The translations under genes and the position numbers were made by a program. A stretch of DNA of 64,000 nucleotides, from the NCBI GenBank assembly GCA_963934255.1, contig CAWVXU010000005.1:2570-66569 (forward strand), given 5' to 3'. This document shows, piece after piece, positions 48,843 through 58,592 of this stretch; position 1 is the first letter of the stretch; each line of letters opens with the position of its first letter. The notes beneath the pieces were generated by a model. The model made no database searches, had not been told where the DNA came from, and saw only the letters and a list, made by a program, of their open reading frames with translations. This stretch comes from an uncultured Fibrobacterales bacterium (GTDB lineage Bacteria; Fibrobacterota; Fibrobacteria; Fibrobacterales; CAWVXU01).

Positions 48843-50150
48843 ATGAAAAATCTATTTTTATACTTTTTTATTTTGACAGTAAGTGCGATGGCTTCCATTA
48901 AAGTCGTCGGATACTCCTACAGTACTCTCCCAAATTCAACAGACATTAATTACTCCATGTATACTCATGTCGTGGGATCCTTTGTGACCTCTGATATACA
49001 AGGCAACCTTCTCTTTGATAGTTGGACCTCTTCTGAAGATATCGTCGCAGTCCTCAATCAAGCCAAATTGCAAGGGGCTGTTCCAATGATTGCATTTGGA
49101 ACCACTGTAGATGGTTGGAATATGACCAAAGACCCAGTAGCACGTCGGAATTTTATTTCTAATTTACTGAGTTTCTGTGATAGTAATGGAATTAAGGGGA
49201 TTGACCTTGATCTTGAAGGGACTGCCGAAGAGTTCAACTGGGGTAGTCCGGGAACCTTTTTCCCTTTACCTTATGAGTCACTTGCAGTGGAACTCCGTGA
49301 AGCCATGCCCGACTCAATGATCTTAACAGCTGCCGTGGGGTCGACTGCACGAAATGGAGCTCAGTGGACTGATCGGTTCCTTGGGGCCATGGACTGGATA
49401 AATGTGATGATATATGACCGTGCACTTTCTTGGGAAGAGTCACCTATAGAAAATCACTCCACCTGGGAGGCCCATGCGAGTTCGGCTGAGTATTGGCATC
49501 TTGACCGTGGATTGAGTAAAGATAGAATTTGTTTAGGATTGCCATTTTACGCTCGAGGGTGGGATCGTACCAACAACCGGATGTATAGAGAAAACCCAGG
49601 ATGGAATGTTTTGACCTGGGATTACAAATATTTTGCAAATCGTTATAATATTAAACGAGATCAAGATACGCTTGATTTCCCTGCGACAGATAGTATTCAA
49701 TTCAAACGTGCCGAAGGAGTTACCGGAAGTGGAACTCTCTTCTTCAATAGTCCTGAGCTAATAGCGCGTAAGACTGCCTGGACGATTGATAACTCCTATG
49801 GTGGAGTGATGGTGTGGCATATTGATGGTGATCTACCTACGACTGAAAGTCTTTCTCTTCTAGCGGCACTAAATAATCAAGTGAATAAAACTACCGGCAT
49901 AATTACGGAGGCGAAGAAGACTCTCAAGGGCTTAGATGTCATAGTACAAAACAACAGTATTCAGTTTGAAAATAATTCTGAGTTTCATTCGGTTGAACTT
50001 TATTCAGTTTTGGGGTACCAACTTTTATCTCAAAATATCAGTGGTAAACAAGGGCTTGTTGAGATTAGTAGGAGTCATTTGTCAACCGGAAACTATATCT
50101 TGAAGCTTCGCGGTGAAGTAGATTTTTTGAAAGAAATCATTCTTAGGTAG
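48843..50150 (+). CDS. GH18 (chitinase-like) glycoside hydrolase with T9SS C-terminal sorting domain
   Basis: GIDLDLE catalytic motif, NVMIYD, LGLPFYAR, GGVMVW; C-terminal LYSVLG..L..GNYILKL. Confidence 0.88.
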   Translation: MKNLFLYFFILTVSAMASIKVVGYSYSTLPNSTDINYSMYTHVVGSFVTSDIQGNLLFDSWTSSEDIVAVLNQAKLQGAVPMIAFGTTVDGWNMTKDPVARRNFISNLLSFCDSNGIKGIDLDLEGTAEEFNWGSPGTFFPLPYESLAVELREAMPDSMILTAAVGSTARNGAQWTDRFLGAMDWINVMIYDRALSWEESPIENHSTWEAHASSAEYWHLDRGLSKDRICLGLPFYARGWDRTNNRMYRENPGWNVLTWDYKYFANRYNIKRDQDTLDFPATDSIQFKRAEGVTGSGTLFFNSPELIARKTAWTIDNSYGGVMVWHIDGDLPTTESLSLLAALNNQVNKTTGIITEAKKTLKGLDVIVQNNSIQFENNSEFHSVELYSVLGYQLLSQNISGKQGLVEISRSHLSTGNYILKLRGEVDFLKEIILR

Positions 50151-50288
50151 CTTAAAGGTTTATGAGTACAGGCTAAATCCCGATTGAAGGGAGTCTTACT
50201 TAATATTTATGTATTTTAAAATCTATTGGCCATAGTAACTTCTATGAGCTAGATTTGTTGAAGATTAAAGCAACTTGAAAGAAGGTAA

Positions 50289-50507
50289 ATGATGATTGAA
50301 GAGTTAATGTATTCCAGAACGATCCCAGGAGCTCAAAATCCATTAGATTTTGTTGGTACTGTTGAATTCAATGAAGATGAGAAAATGTTTCATGGTAAAG
50401 TGTCTAGCCTCAATGAAGTGGTAACTTTTGAAGGTTTGAATATTCAAGAATTGCGTCAAGAATTTATTAAAGCAGTAGATAAATATATTGAGTCAAAGCT
50501 GAAATAG
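50289..50507 (+). CDS. HicB-like antitoxin (short, no DNA-binding tail, no adjacent hicA)
   Basis: GTVEFNEDEKMFHGKV....VVTFEG....L..EF..AVD.Y. Confidence 0.65.
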   Translation: MMIEELMYSRTIPGAQNPLDFVGTVEFNEDEKMFHGKVSSLNEVVTFEGLNIQELRQEFIKAVDKYIESKLK

Positions 50508-50537
50508 AACTCAACTCCGAAGGTGTTTTTGGGACAT

Positions 50538-51110
50538 ATGGAAAATTTATTTAAAGCAATTCGAAACAGTATTACTCTAAACCCTGATGCCGAAAAATAT
50601 TTAAGGTCGATATCCAAAACTATAAAGATCTCTAAGGACTCAATCTTGATCAAAGAAGGTCAAGTTGTGAACAAAACATACTTTGTCATCGAAGGATGTT
50701 TGAGATCTTATTGTGTAGACAAAAATGCCAAAAATCACACTTTACAATTTGCAATTAAAAATTGGTGGATGAGCGATTACATTGCCATTCATACTGATCA
50801 AGTAGCAGTCTTAACTATTGAGAGTATTTCTGATGCTACACTGATAGAGTTTGACGTCAATAAACTCAATGAAACACTAGTTCTTTTCCCTGAATTTGAA
50901 GTGTTTCAAAGAAAAAATTTGGAACGACACACCGTGAGTCTACAGAAGAGAATTTTAAATCAACTACAACTCACTGCAGCTGAACGATATGATTTATTCA
51001 TTAAGGACTATCAGGAAATTGAACAGCATGCTCCAAATTATCATATCGCATCGTATTTAGGGGTGACTCAAGAAAGTTTGAGCAGAATTCGAGCAAAACA
51101 AAATAAATAG
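50538..51110 (+). CDS. Crp/Fnr-family transcriptional regulator (Bacteroidota type)
   Basis: YFV.EGCLRSY, QFA..NWW.SD, AERY..F, IASYLGVTQESLSRIR. Confidence 0.9.
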   Translation: MENLFKAIRNSITLNPDAEKYLRSISKTIKISKDSILIKEGQVVNKTYFVIEGCLRSYCVDKNAKNHTLQFAIKNWWMSDYIAIHTDQVAVLTIESISDATLIEFDVNKLNETLVLFPEFEVFQRKNLERHTVSLQKRILNQLQLTAAERYDLFIKDYQEIEQHAPNYHIASYLGVTQESLSRIRAKQNK

Positions 51111-51192
51111 ACGATTTCTTATCCTAGGTCAATTTTAATTTTTGTCTTCTAATTTAAATTAGTGATAGAAAATAATTGAAGGGTAAAAGAAA

Positions 51193-52176
51193 GTGAAAGC
51201 ATTACAACTCACACAGTATGGCTCTATTAAAGACAGCTTGTCTTTTGATGAAGTAAACAAGCCAATAGTTTTATCTACTGATGTACTTATACAAACTAAA
51301 GCTGCAGCTATTAATCCGATTGATAAGAGTATCGTACTTGGTAACTTGCAAGCCTTACTTCCTATTGCTCTGCCAAGTTCAATTGCCTATGATGTGAGTG
51401 GTGTCATCGTAGAAGTTGGATCCGAAGTTAAAGATTTTAAGGCAGGAGATTCAGTATATTCTCGCGTACCGCAAGAGCAGATGGGTACCATAGCCGAGTA
51501 TGTCGCTGTTACAAGCAGCGCTGTAGCAATTAAACCAGAGAACATTTCATTTGAAGAAGCGGCAAGTATCCCTCTTGCTGGACTGACTGCATTTCAATCC
51601 TTTGAAGCTGCAGGACTCAAAGCAAATGATAAAGTTCTTATCCATGCGGGCTCTGGTGGGGTGGGAAGCTTTGCGATTCAATATGCCAAGTCAAAAGGTG
51701 CCTATGTCTATACCACTACAAGTACAACTAATGTTGAATGGGTTAAAGAGCTAGGTGCAGATCGAGTAATTGATTATAAGATTGAAGACTATAGAGATAT
51801 AGTGAAGGACGCTGACATTGTACTTGACACTCTAGGCCAGGACTATTCGCTTGATGCCTTTAAGCTGATTAAAAAAGGCGGCAAAGTCGTTAGTGTTGTA
51901 GGGCCATTAGATGAAGCGACAGCGCACATGTTGGGAATGCCTGATTATAAATTGCCAGAAGAAATGACTCATCAGATAAATGCAACTTCTGGGTCTTATC
52001 AATTTGTTTTTATGCATCCAAATGGAAGTCACTTGGCACTCATCAAAACTTTGATTGAAGAGAATGTTATCAAACCTATTATTGATACAGTTTATCCTTT
52101 TATAGAAAGTTTAGAGGCCCTTGATAAACTTGCTTCTGGAAGAGCAAAAGGCAAAATTGTCATTAAAATAAATTAG
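51193..52176 (+). CDS. NADP-dependent oxidoreductase (MDR/quinone reductase-like)
   Basis: AAAINPID, EAASIPLAGLTA, HAGSGGVGSFAIQ, LGAD.VIDY, GRAKGKIV. Confidence 0.9.
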   Translation: MKALQLTQYGSIKDSLSFDEVNKPIVLSTDVLIQTKAAAINPIDKSIVLGNLQALLPIALPSSIAYDVSGVIVEVGSEVKDFKAGDSVYSRVPQEQMGTIAEYVAVTSSAVAIKPENISFEEAASIPLAGLTAFQSFEAAGLKANDKVLIHAGSGGVGSFAIQYAKSKGAYVYTTTSTTNVEWVKELGADRVIDYKIEDYRDIVKDADIVLDTLGQDYSLDAFKLIKKGGKVVSVVGPLDEATAHMLGMPDYKLPEEMTHQINATSGSYQFVFMHPNGSHLALIKTLIEENVIKPIIDTVYPFIESLEALDKLASGRAKGKIVIKIN

Positions 52177-52196
52177 AATCAGCGTCAAATCCAACG

Positions 52197-52225
52197 AGTC
52201 ACTCTTGTATAGAGTGATTGTTTTT
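52197..52225 (+). terminator. Hairpin/terminator-like element between oxidoreductase and hchA
   Basis: agtcactct-tgtat-agagtgatt followed by gttttt. Confidence 0.45.
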
Positions 52226-52243
52226 ATATGAACAGGAAATCAA

Positions 52244-53098
52244 ATGTTTAAAAGACTACTTGGGCTTACTCCCAAATTAGAAGAAGATGGGTCCTATAGT
52301 CCGTCAAGACTCGCTCTCAAATTAGGGACAGTTAAAAAATCTGATTATGAGAATATATCTTACCCTAAGTATCAAGGGAAAAGATCAAAAATTTTAGTGA
52401 TATTCACTGAACAAAAAAATATGAAAATGAAAAATGCAAAGATGTTTTCTACAGGAAACCATCCGATAGAGGCGTTATTGCCTATGTTACATTTACAAAA
52501 TGCAGGTTTTGAATTTGAGATTGCAACACCTAATGGAAGACCCGTGGTCTTTGAAATGTGGGCATTCCCTGACCAAGATGAACATGTGAAAAGCATCTAC
52601 AATGAGTATAAGTCTAGCTTTGAATATCCTCTAAATCTAGAAGAATTTATCCAAACGAGGTTTTCTCAATCTGATTCATATGCTGCTGTTTTTGTACCCG
52701 GAGGACATGGATCAATGTTAGGTATTCCTGAAGACAAAAATGTTGGAACAATCTTGAACTGGGCGCACCAACAAGAATTGTTTACAATTAGCCTCTGTCA
52801 TGGACCTGGGTCTTTCTTAGCAACTTCTATAGATACCGGTAAGTTTCTTTATCATGGTTATAAAATGACAGTATTCCCAGACTCAGTAGATGAAATGACA
52901 CCAAAAATAGGATATCTACCAGGGCTCATGCCCTGGAAACTCAGTGATACCTTAGTAGATAAAGGTGCTCAGGTTGTGAACACTAAGGCAGATAAAAGTG
53001 TTTGTTTAGATCGCAGGCTAATTACAGGAGCTAGCCCTTTAGCTTCGAATGAATTGGGTAAACTTGCTGCTACGACTCTTTTAAATCAATTGGAATAG
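52244..53098 (+). CDS. hchA: Glyoxalase III / Hsp31 (DJ-1/PfpI family)
   Basis: FSTGNHPIE, EMWAFP, PGGHG, LCHGP (Cys-His), FPD..D...P.IGY.PG, LITGASP.A.N. Confidence 0.85.
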   Translation: MFKRLLGLTPKLEEDGSYSPSRLALKLGTVKKSDYENISYPKYQGKRSKILVIFTEQKNMKMKNAKMFSTGNHPIEALLPMLHLQNAGFEFEIATPNGRPVVFEMWAFPDQDEHVKSIYNEYKSSFEYPLNLEEFIQTRFSQSDSYAAVFVPGGHGSMLGIPEDKNVGTILNWAHQQELFTISLCHGPGSFLATSIDTGKFLYHGYKMTVFPDSVDEMTPKIGYLPGLMPWKLSDTLVDKGAQVVNTKADKSVCLDRRLITGASPLASNELGKLAATTLLNQLE

Positions 53099-53424
53099 GC
53101 TCTTTGAGGGGAGAGTTGAAAATTTAAAATATCCAAAAACCTTTCTTCTGATAAGGCATCAAAGGGTTCTTTGAAACTAGAATATTCATCTCCTTCTTTG
53201 TTTCCAACTAATCCTTCAATAGAATGATTTATATCATCAGGTACTAAAATCAAAATTTTGATATTTCGCTTAACAATCTCTATTGAAATCGCATCCGCTT
53301 GAAGACCTTGCTCTCTTAATTGTTTATCAATAAGGCCCATAAGTATTGAATCTGAATTTTGTGCCATAAATGCGTCGGCGGCCTTAGCTACCCACTCAGA
53401 TATTTGCTTAAACCGATCGGTCAT
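53086..53424 (-). CDS. Hypothetical protein
   Basis: 112-aa ORF with AGGA RBS, convergent on hchA. Confidence 0.6.
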   Translation of the reverse strand: MTDRFKQISEWVAKAADAFMAQNSDSILMGLIDKQLREQGLQADAISIEIVKRNIKILILVPDDINHSIEGLVGNKEGDEYSSFKEPFDALSEERFLDILNFQLSPQRAYSN

Positions 53425-53575
53425 GTAATTTCCTGAAAATTTGAGACTAGACCTGTAAAGTAGAAATATTATGGATAATCTGATTTGCCAATGTGATTAA
53501 TGGTAAGGAGAAATATGTAAATGGTTTGATGTATATTTCAACAATTGTAACTAGGCGGTATATAATTTTAAACGC

Positions 53576-53690
53576 TTATCTCATAGGCACTACATCACCC
53601 CTGTCAATCTCGGCTTGATCATGCGCCAGCAATTTTAGGATTTTAATTGCATCTAGTTCAACTTTATACCTTCTTAAGTATTAAGAATAA
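53576..53690 (-). pseudogene. Possible C-terminal relic of a Phd/YefM antitoxin
   Basis: ..RYKVELDAIKILKLLAHDQAEIDRGDVVPMR* resembles ..LLKILALG..I..G.V.P; no start codon. Confidence 0.35.
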
Positions 53691-53837
53691 ATTTTGCTTC
53701 AATTAAGGTTGTTTATTCATCTCCGGAATTCGGTTGACAAAATCTCTCAGTTCTAAAATTGTGGAACAACAAATACAACTCCCACTCATTGCTTTGATAC
53801 AATTGGGGCCCATATCGGTACTGAGTTGCTGAGCATA

Positions 53838-54224
53838 CTAAATCTTTATATTACAAGTTTCACAAATTCCAAAAATCAAAAAGTGCGCTCCCTCAATAAT
53901 GCGTTTAGGGACCTTGGGGAGGGCAATATTGAAGTCTAAACAATCTACCTGACTACATACCCTGCATTGAAAGTGTGGATGAACATCGTTATGTTTGTGA
54001 CTAGAACAACCCTGACACTTTGCGTACCAATTTAGTCCATCATTTCCTAGAATAGAGTGTACTACACCCTCGCTCTCTAATCGATAAAGTAATCGATAGA
54101 CAGTTGATTTATTCATTTCTGACTTCAGAGAGTCAAACAACTCTAATGCAGACATTGCTCGATCGGACTTCTCAAATACTCGAAGTACCATTTCTAAAGA
54201 TTTTGTTTTTCTTATTATCGCCAT
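53838..54224 (-). CDS. Fur-family metalloregulator (Zur-like by context)
   Basis: Likely start MAIIRKT at 54224; NKSTVYRLL, CQGC..H.H.D.HPHFQCRVC, C-terminal CETC. Confidence 0.88.
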   Translation of the reverse strand: MAIIRKTKSLEMVLRVFEKSDRAMSALELFDSLKSEMNKSTVYRLLYRLESEGVVHSILGNDGLNWYAKCQGCSSHKHNDVHPHFQCRVCSQVDCLDFNIALPKVPKRIIEGAHFLIFGICETCNIKI

Positions 54225-54261
54225 GGATAAAAATTTACTATAATTTCGACAAAATTGCAAT

Positions 54262-54288
54262 TGCAGATGCGACTTACTTGCATTAAGG
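54262..54288. promoter_or_regulatory. Palindromic Fur/Zur-type operator, copy 1
   Basis: atgcgacttacttgcattaagg between divergent fur and merC-like genes; matches copies at 57928 and 63124. Confidence 0.7.
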
Positions 54289-54295
54289 GGGCGAA

Positions 54296-54703
54296 ATGAC
54301 CAATCAAATATACTCAGATCAGATCGGGGCCTTAGCTGGAGGACTTTGTATCTTACATTGTGTTGCAACGCCAATTCTGTTTGTTCTTGGGACATGTAGC
54401 GAACCATGCCATACAAATATACCCTACTGGTGGTCAGGTTTAGATTTATTAATTCTGATAATTTCATTTATTTCAGTATTCTATTCCACAAAAAACACTA
54501 CTAACTCTCTATTAAAGCCGATGTTTTGGTTAACATGGTCAGCAATAGCATTTTGTGTTTTAAACGAAAAGTTTACATGGTTAGAACTACCAGAATATTT
54601 TATTTATATACCGACCATGTTGATTATCGCCATACACATTTATAATCTAAAGTTTTGCCAATGCCAAGATGAAAAAAAGCAGTGCTGTGTAGAGGGTAAA
54701 TAA
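54296..54703 (+). CDS. MerC-domain membrane protein
   Basis: SD.IGALA..LCILHCVATP, WW..LD, terminal HIYN.K.CQC...CC. Confidence 0.85.
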   Translation: MTNQIYSDQIGALAGGLCILHCVATPILFVLGTCSEPCHTNIPYWWSGLDLLILIISFISVFYSTKNTTNSLLKPMFWLTWSAIAFCVLNEKFTWLELPEYFIYIPTMLIIAIHIYNLKFCQCQDEKKQCCVEGK

Positions 54704-54954
54704 AGATTTTTATTAATAACCATGAGGGAAGAGGCATTTTTTTTGACAAATTAGATGTCTACAAAATAATCAGTTCATGCACAGTCATATTGGGTTTAAT
54801 CTGTTTTTCCTTAAATGAATTTGATCCCGTTTTTTTAAAATAGTGATAATTATCAATCTGGAATTCACTTAAATCAAATAATAGACCTGGTTGATTTATC
54901 AGACAAGCCCACTATTCAATTACCATTGAGAAATGACAAGATTTTCAATGTTGC

Positions 54955-55140
54955 TTTTTACTTCAGTCTCTCCTTTAAACACGGTTTCTGGTGTTAACAG
55001 AGCGATACTACGGTGCTTATGAACCTGATTATACCAAAGCACCCAATAGGTCACAAAATGTTAAGCTTGCTCTTGAGTGTTAAACCCATCCAGGGGATTT
55101 TAGTTCATACTTGAGAGACTTAAATATGGACTCACTTATT
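54955..55140 (-). mobile_element. IS3-family transposase remnant
   Basis: SESIFKSLKY then (frameshift) PLDGFNTQEQA*HFVTYWVLWYNQVHKHRSIALLTPETVFKG, matching the IS3 OrfB C-terminus (SES.F.TLKY..GF..WYN..H.H..I...TP). Confidence 0.72.
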
Positions 55141-55202
55141 CAAGTAATCAAAACCGACTGTGAGATGAGACTTTTTAGTTTTGAGTTGGCCTAGTAACTG
55201 AG

Positions 55203-57170
55203 TTAGAAAGACCAATCAACTCGAGTCTCTAGGTGTCTGCCGGGTTGGGGAAGAATGAACTTAGTCCTCGATAGGGCGCTGTTTACCTTTTCATGAAACA
55301 CATTATTCAAAGCAAGCTTGGCTCTAATTAGTCCAAAAGTACCCGCATAAGTTTGACTCCAACCAATATCCACTGACTGACCAGCTGGAGTTGAACTCTC
55401 AAACTCAGCAACCCGGTCTTGTGCAAAATAATACTGAGAACTAAGAAAGTAATCTCCAAAATCAGAACTGTATTCGATTGCTTGTTGAATTGTCAGCGGA
55501 GGCATCCTCACCAAGGGTGCGTTAACCGTTAAGTTTTGACCATAAATGTATTCGTTAATTAAGTTATATCGCCACTGAGAGCTCATCTGATAAACAAACT
55601 GAATTTCATAGCCCACTGAATAAGCCTCGGTCCCTGTCACTTCGTACTTGGGTAATTCTGTTCGGAAGTCTTGGATGCCCATGGGCAGAGTTTGGAGATA
55701 GTTTGAATAATAATTGCCATAGCCCTTTAATCTCCACTCGAACATCTTATTACTACCATCTAGGCTGAAATCCAGGCCATAGGACTCCTCAGGAGAGATT
55801 TCGGCGTTGCCTATATCAAAAGAATTTGCTGCAAGATGGGGACCATCAGAATAGTATTCTTCAACTAAGGGTATTCTTGAACTTTTGTGAACACCAATCT
55901 CGTAGTGTAGGTAGTTCCAGACAAAATGCGAGATTTCAACACGACTTGCCCAGATTTGCCCTTGAGCTGGCTCGATGATTTTCGGTCTCGAATTGATTGA
56001 CCCACCCTCGAAGCTGAGTGCGTCTTCAAATCGTTCGCCTCGGGCTCCCCATCGTAACTTGTAATCATTTGCTTCATATTCAATATGAAACCAAGAGGCA
56101 TAAGTGTTCCGGACATTCTTGGGGGTAGATACACCCGCATAATCATTTTCTACCTTCACCCATTGCGCACCAGAGTTTATCTCAAAAGGATGAAAGTGGA
56201 CCTCCCATTGATTCCTAACATGAAGCACATTTCTCGCGAACTCAGTTCCGAATAAATCATCGCTTCCGCTGATGCCTGTCTCTGTTTCTAGTTGATAAAT
56301 GGACGATTGAAGAAAGGTAAGATGAGAGTGGACGTTCTGATGAGTCCAATCATAACCCATTTGCGTATTATATTTCTTGAATTCAATAAATGCTCCATCA
56401 CCATGTATCCCACCTGGTAGGTAGTAATTTCGTGATGAAACTTCATAAGAACTCCCCAATCGATGCTCCCTAAGATCATATTGAAGCGATGCACCCATCT
56501 GGCTGCGATTAGATGAGGAATTAGGAACCAATGAATCCGGGATCCAAAGTGCCTCTTGAGAGCGTCCACTCAGCTGCAATCTTGGAGTGAATTTACCCAG
56601 AGACACCTCCGAAGAAATATCTCCGGTGATTCCATTTTGTGGAACACTCAAAGCGCCCCCTAGAGTATTGTAAGTGGACAGCATCTCGCCATCATGGTAT
56701 GGGTCGGACAAAAAGAAACCTCTATCCAAATCAATTCTAGCTCCCTGAAGAGTCGAGGTGTAGGGCAGCAAGTAACTACCTTTATGAATCTTGATACTCC
56801 GGGTGAATGCACCCGTGCTTGCAACCGCATGGTCAGGGCTTGTCGCGCTCAGATCCAAAGCTAGATTACCATCTTCAGCAATTTGAACATGAGTTCTATC
56901 TAATCCGCGAAAGATGGGACGGTTAGTCTCCCCTCCCATTCCTCCAATTGAGAAACCAGGTGCAGCATCCAATGACTTAGCCAAGTCGGTTGACTTGGCT
57001 TCAGCCCATTGATTCGCGTTCAAACCCGGTAGCTTATGTGAATGACTTGATACTTTAGTCGTATTCAAATGTGATACACCCTCTTCAGCCCAGACCAAAG
57101 AGGACAAGAGCATCGAGGATTTAAGTATAGCGTTTGTATAAAAGGATAGTTTATTCAACAATGACGACAA
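55203..57170 (-). CDS. TonB-dependent receptor (ZnuD-like by context)
   Basis: Plug RPIFRGL..DLSATSPDHAV, E.YSDGPHLA..F.IGN, PLVRMPP, NNVF, PGR...WSF terminus. Confidence 0.88.
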   Translation of the reverse strand: MSSLLNKLSFYTNAILKSSMLLSSLVWAEEGVSHLNTTKVSSHSHKLPGLNANQWAEAKSTDLAKSLDAAPGFSIGGMGGETNRPIFRGLDRTHVQIAEDGNLALDLSATSPDHAVASTGAFTRSIKIHKGSYLLPYTSTLQGARIDLDRGFFLSDPYHDGEMLSTYNTLGGALSVPQNGITGDISSEVSLGKFTPRLQLSGRSQEALWIPDSLVPNSSSNRSQMGASLQYDLREHRLGSSYEVSSRNYYLPGGIHGDGAFIEFKKYNTQMGYDWTHQNVHSHLTFLQSSIYQLETETGISGSDDLFGTEFARNVLHVRNQWEVHFHPFEINSGAQWVKVENDYAGVSTPKNVRNTYASWFHIEYEANDYKLRWGARGERFEDALSFEGGSINSRPKIIEPAQGQIWASRVEISHFVWNYLHYEIGVHKSSRIPLVEEYYSDGPHLAANSFDIGNAEISPEESYGLDFSLDGSNKMFEWRLKGYGNYYSNYLQTLPMGIQDFRTELPKYEVTGTEAYSVGYEIQFVYQMSSQWRYNLINEYIYGQNLTVNAPLVRMPPLTIQQAIEYSSDFGDYFLSSQYYFAQDRVAEFESSTPAGQSVDIGWSQTYAGTFGLIRAKLALNNVFHEKVNSALSRTKFILPQPGRHLETRVDWSF

Positions 57171-57786
57171 ACTCTTTAGCTTCTATGTCAATGTGTGAGC
57201 CATGCCAGAATTCAACACTTAAAACGGATTTACCCACTTTGAGGCCTTCTAGTCCAATGTGATAGAGCTCAGAGTCAGACTCAGTAATTCCTACAGTGGT
57301 GGAGTCTGAAAGTGAAATCTTCATAGTAAGAGCTTCACCGCCGTGGTCATCATGATCGTCCTGATCTGCATCATGGTCATCGTGATCGTCATGGTCATCA
57401 TGATCGTCCTGATCTGCATCATGGTCATCGTGATCGTCATGGTCATCATGGTCATCTTCAGCGGCAATAAGCTTTGCAAGATTATGACTCGCGTGATCAT
57501 CATGATCATCATGATCATCAGCGCTACAAAGCTTAAGCTCTCCATTAGAGAGACAAAGCAGTTTTGCTTCGAGGTTGATTGTGTCTCCCTTAGCAAGAAG
57601 GATGGTGTCATTTGCAGATGCAGTGTAGCCCGCAGCCACAACTTCTGCTACTACCGCTCCACCTTCTTCATTGACAAGTTGGAGGCCATCGGCTTCATAG
57701 TGTTCTTCATCGTTTGTAATTTCTGAGTCAGTAAAACACGCAGTCAGTGTCAAAGCCACAGTTATTGGAAATAGTATTTTTTTCAT
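57151..57786 (-). CDS. His/Asp-rich lipoprotein (putative surface metal scavenger)
   Basis: GGAG RBS, lipobox LTAC, EEHYEADG, 13 DDH triplets, C-terminal WHGSHID; overlaps the TonB receptor start. Confidence 0.85.
   Translation of the reverse strand: MKKILFPITVALTLTACFTDSEITNDEEHYEADGLQLVNEEGGAVVAEVVAAGYTASANDTILLAKGDTINLEAKLLCLSNGELKLCSADDHDDHDDHASHNLAKLIAAEDDHDDHDDHDDHDADQDDHDDHDDHDDHDADQDDHDDHGGEALTMKISLSDSTTVGITESDSELYHIGLEGLKVGKSVLSVEFWHGSHIDIEAKEFVVIVE
57344..57450. repeat. 48-bp coding tandem repeat (about 2.2 copies) encoding (DDH)4-DADQ
   Basis: tggtcatcatgatcgtcctgatctgcatcatggtcatcgtgatcgtca at 57344 and 57392, partial copy at 57440. Confidence 0.85.
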
Positions 57787-57927
57787 TCTTTTCTCCGAAG
57801 TATACCCCTGAGGGTGTTTTTAAATCATGACCCGGCAAAGGGTGTGTTGAAATGATAATTTTAAGAGGTTCTATGATAATTCATGAACAGAAATTGGGAC
57901 TTCTTATCATTTATACCTGAAATATAA

Positions 57928-57953
57928 CCTTATTGCGACTTATTCTCAATAAG
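57928..57953. promoter_or_regulatory. Palindromic Fur/Zur-type operator, copy 2
   Basis: ccttattgcgacttattctcaataag upstream of the His-rich lipoprotein/TonB receptor operon. Confidence 0.7.
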
Positions 57954-58380
57954 AACTCCTTATAAATACTCCCAAATTAAAAAACATCGCTATTTAGTCG
58001 GATAAATCGTCTCAGGCGTATTATACGCATCTATGTGATCCGTTTTGAGAGACAGTGACTTCCTCGATAGACTTATCGGGTGGCGTAGTGAGTGAAATAA
58101 TCCTCTCTTAAAGTGACCTTAGGTCTCAGATTTTTGAAAAATTCGTATACTTTTATTACATCATGCTGGCAGATATTGGAGCTATGCTCGACCTTGGTCA
58201 ATAAATTAAAAGCAAGACCTGTCTCGCACAGAGACTATAGCTTCTCCAAATACTTTGAAAAATCCTTAGTCTTTCCCGAGGGAGAGGTAGTAAAAAGGTA
58301 TACCTCCAACACAACCCCATCTGAGATCTAACAAGAATTATCCAACCTAATTCCTTGATCAGGGAATGGGTCAGCCTCCA

Positions 58381-58497
58381 ATGAACAAGCTGGAGATCCT
58401 TCTCACTTTTCTTTCAATTGCCTGCGATAATTCAGTCGCATCCCCGGATGATGGAACAACTGAGAACGAATCAGACTCCAGTTCAAAGAATGGTTAA
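58381..58497 (+). pseudogene. 38-aa lipoprotein stub (signal + lipobox + acidic linker only)
   Basis: MNKLEILLTFLSIACDNSVASPDDGTTENESDSSSKNG*. Confidence 0.35.
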
Positions 58498-58592
58498 ATC
58501 TGATTTACCCTCTTGTTGAGTCCTCAGTGTTAAGCAAATAAGCATACAACACCGAGAGCCCTCATGACAATCCACTTTGACATGTCAATTAC

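Noticed and set aside
54225-54467. Long N-terminal extension of the Fur ORF
   Set aside because: Overlaps the divergent MerC-like gene and the operator; Fur homology starts at 54224.
57344-57520. Repeats as a possible CRISPR array
   Set aside because: Contiguous in-frame coding repeats with no unique spacers and no cas genes in the window.
57321-57726. Met/Ile/Val-rich ORFs 57321-57641 (-) and 57343-57726 (+)
   Set aside because: Alternative-frame shadows of the DDH repeat in the lipoprotein gene.
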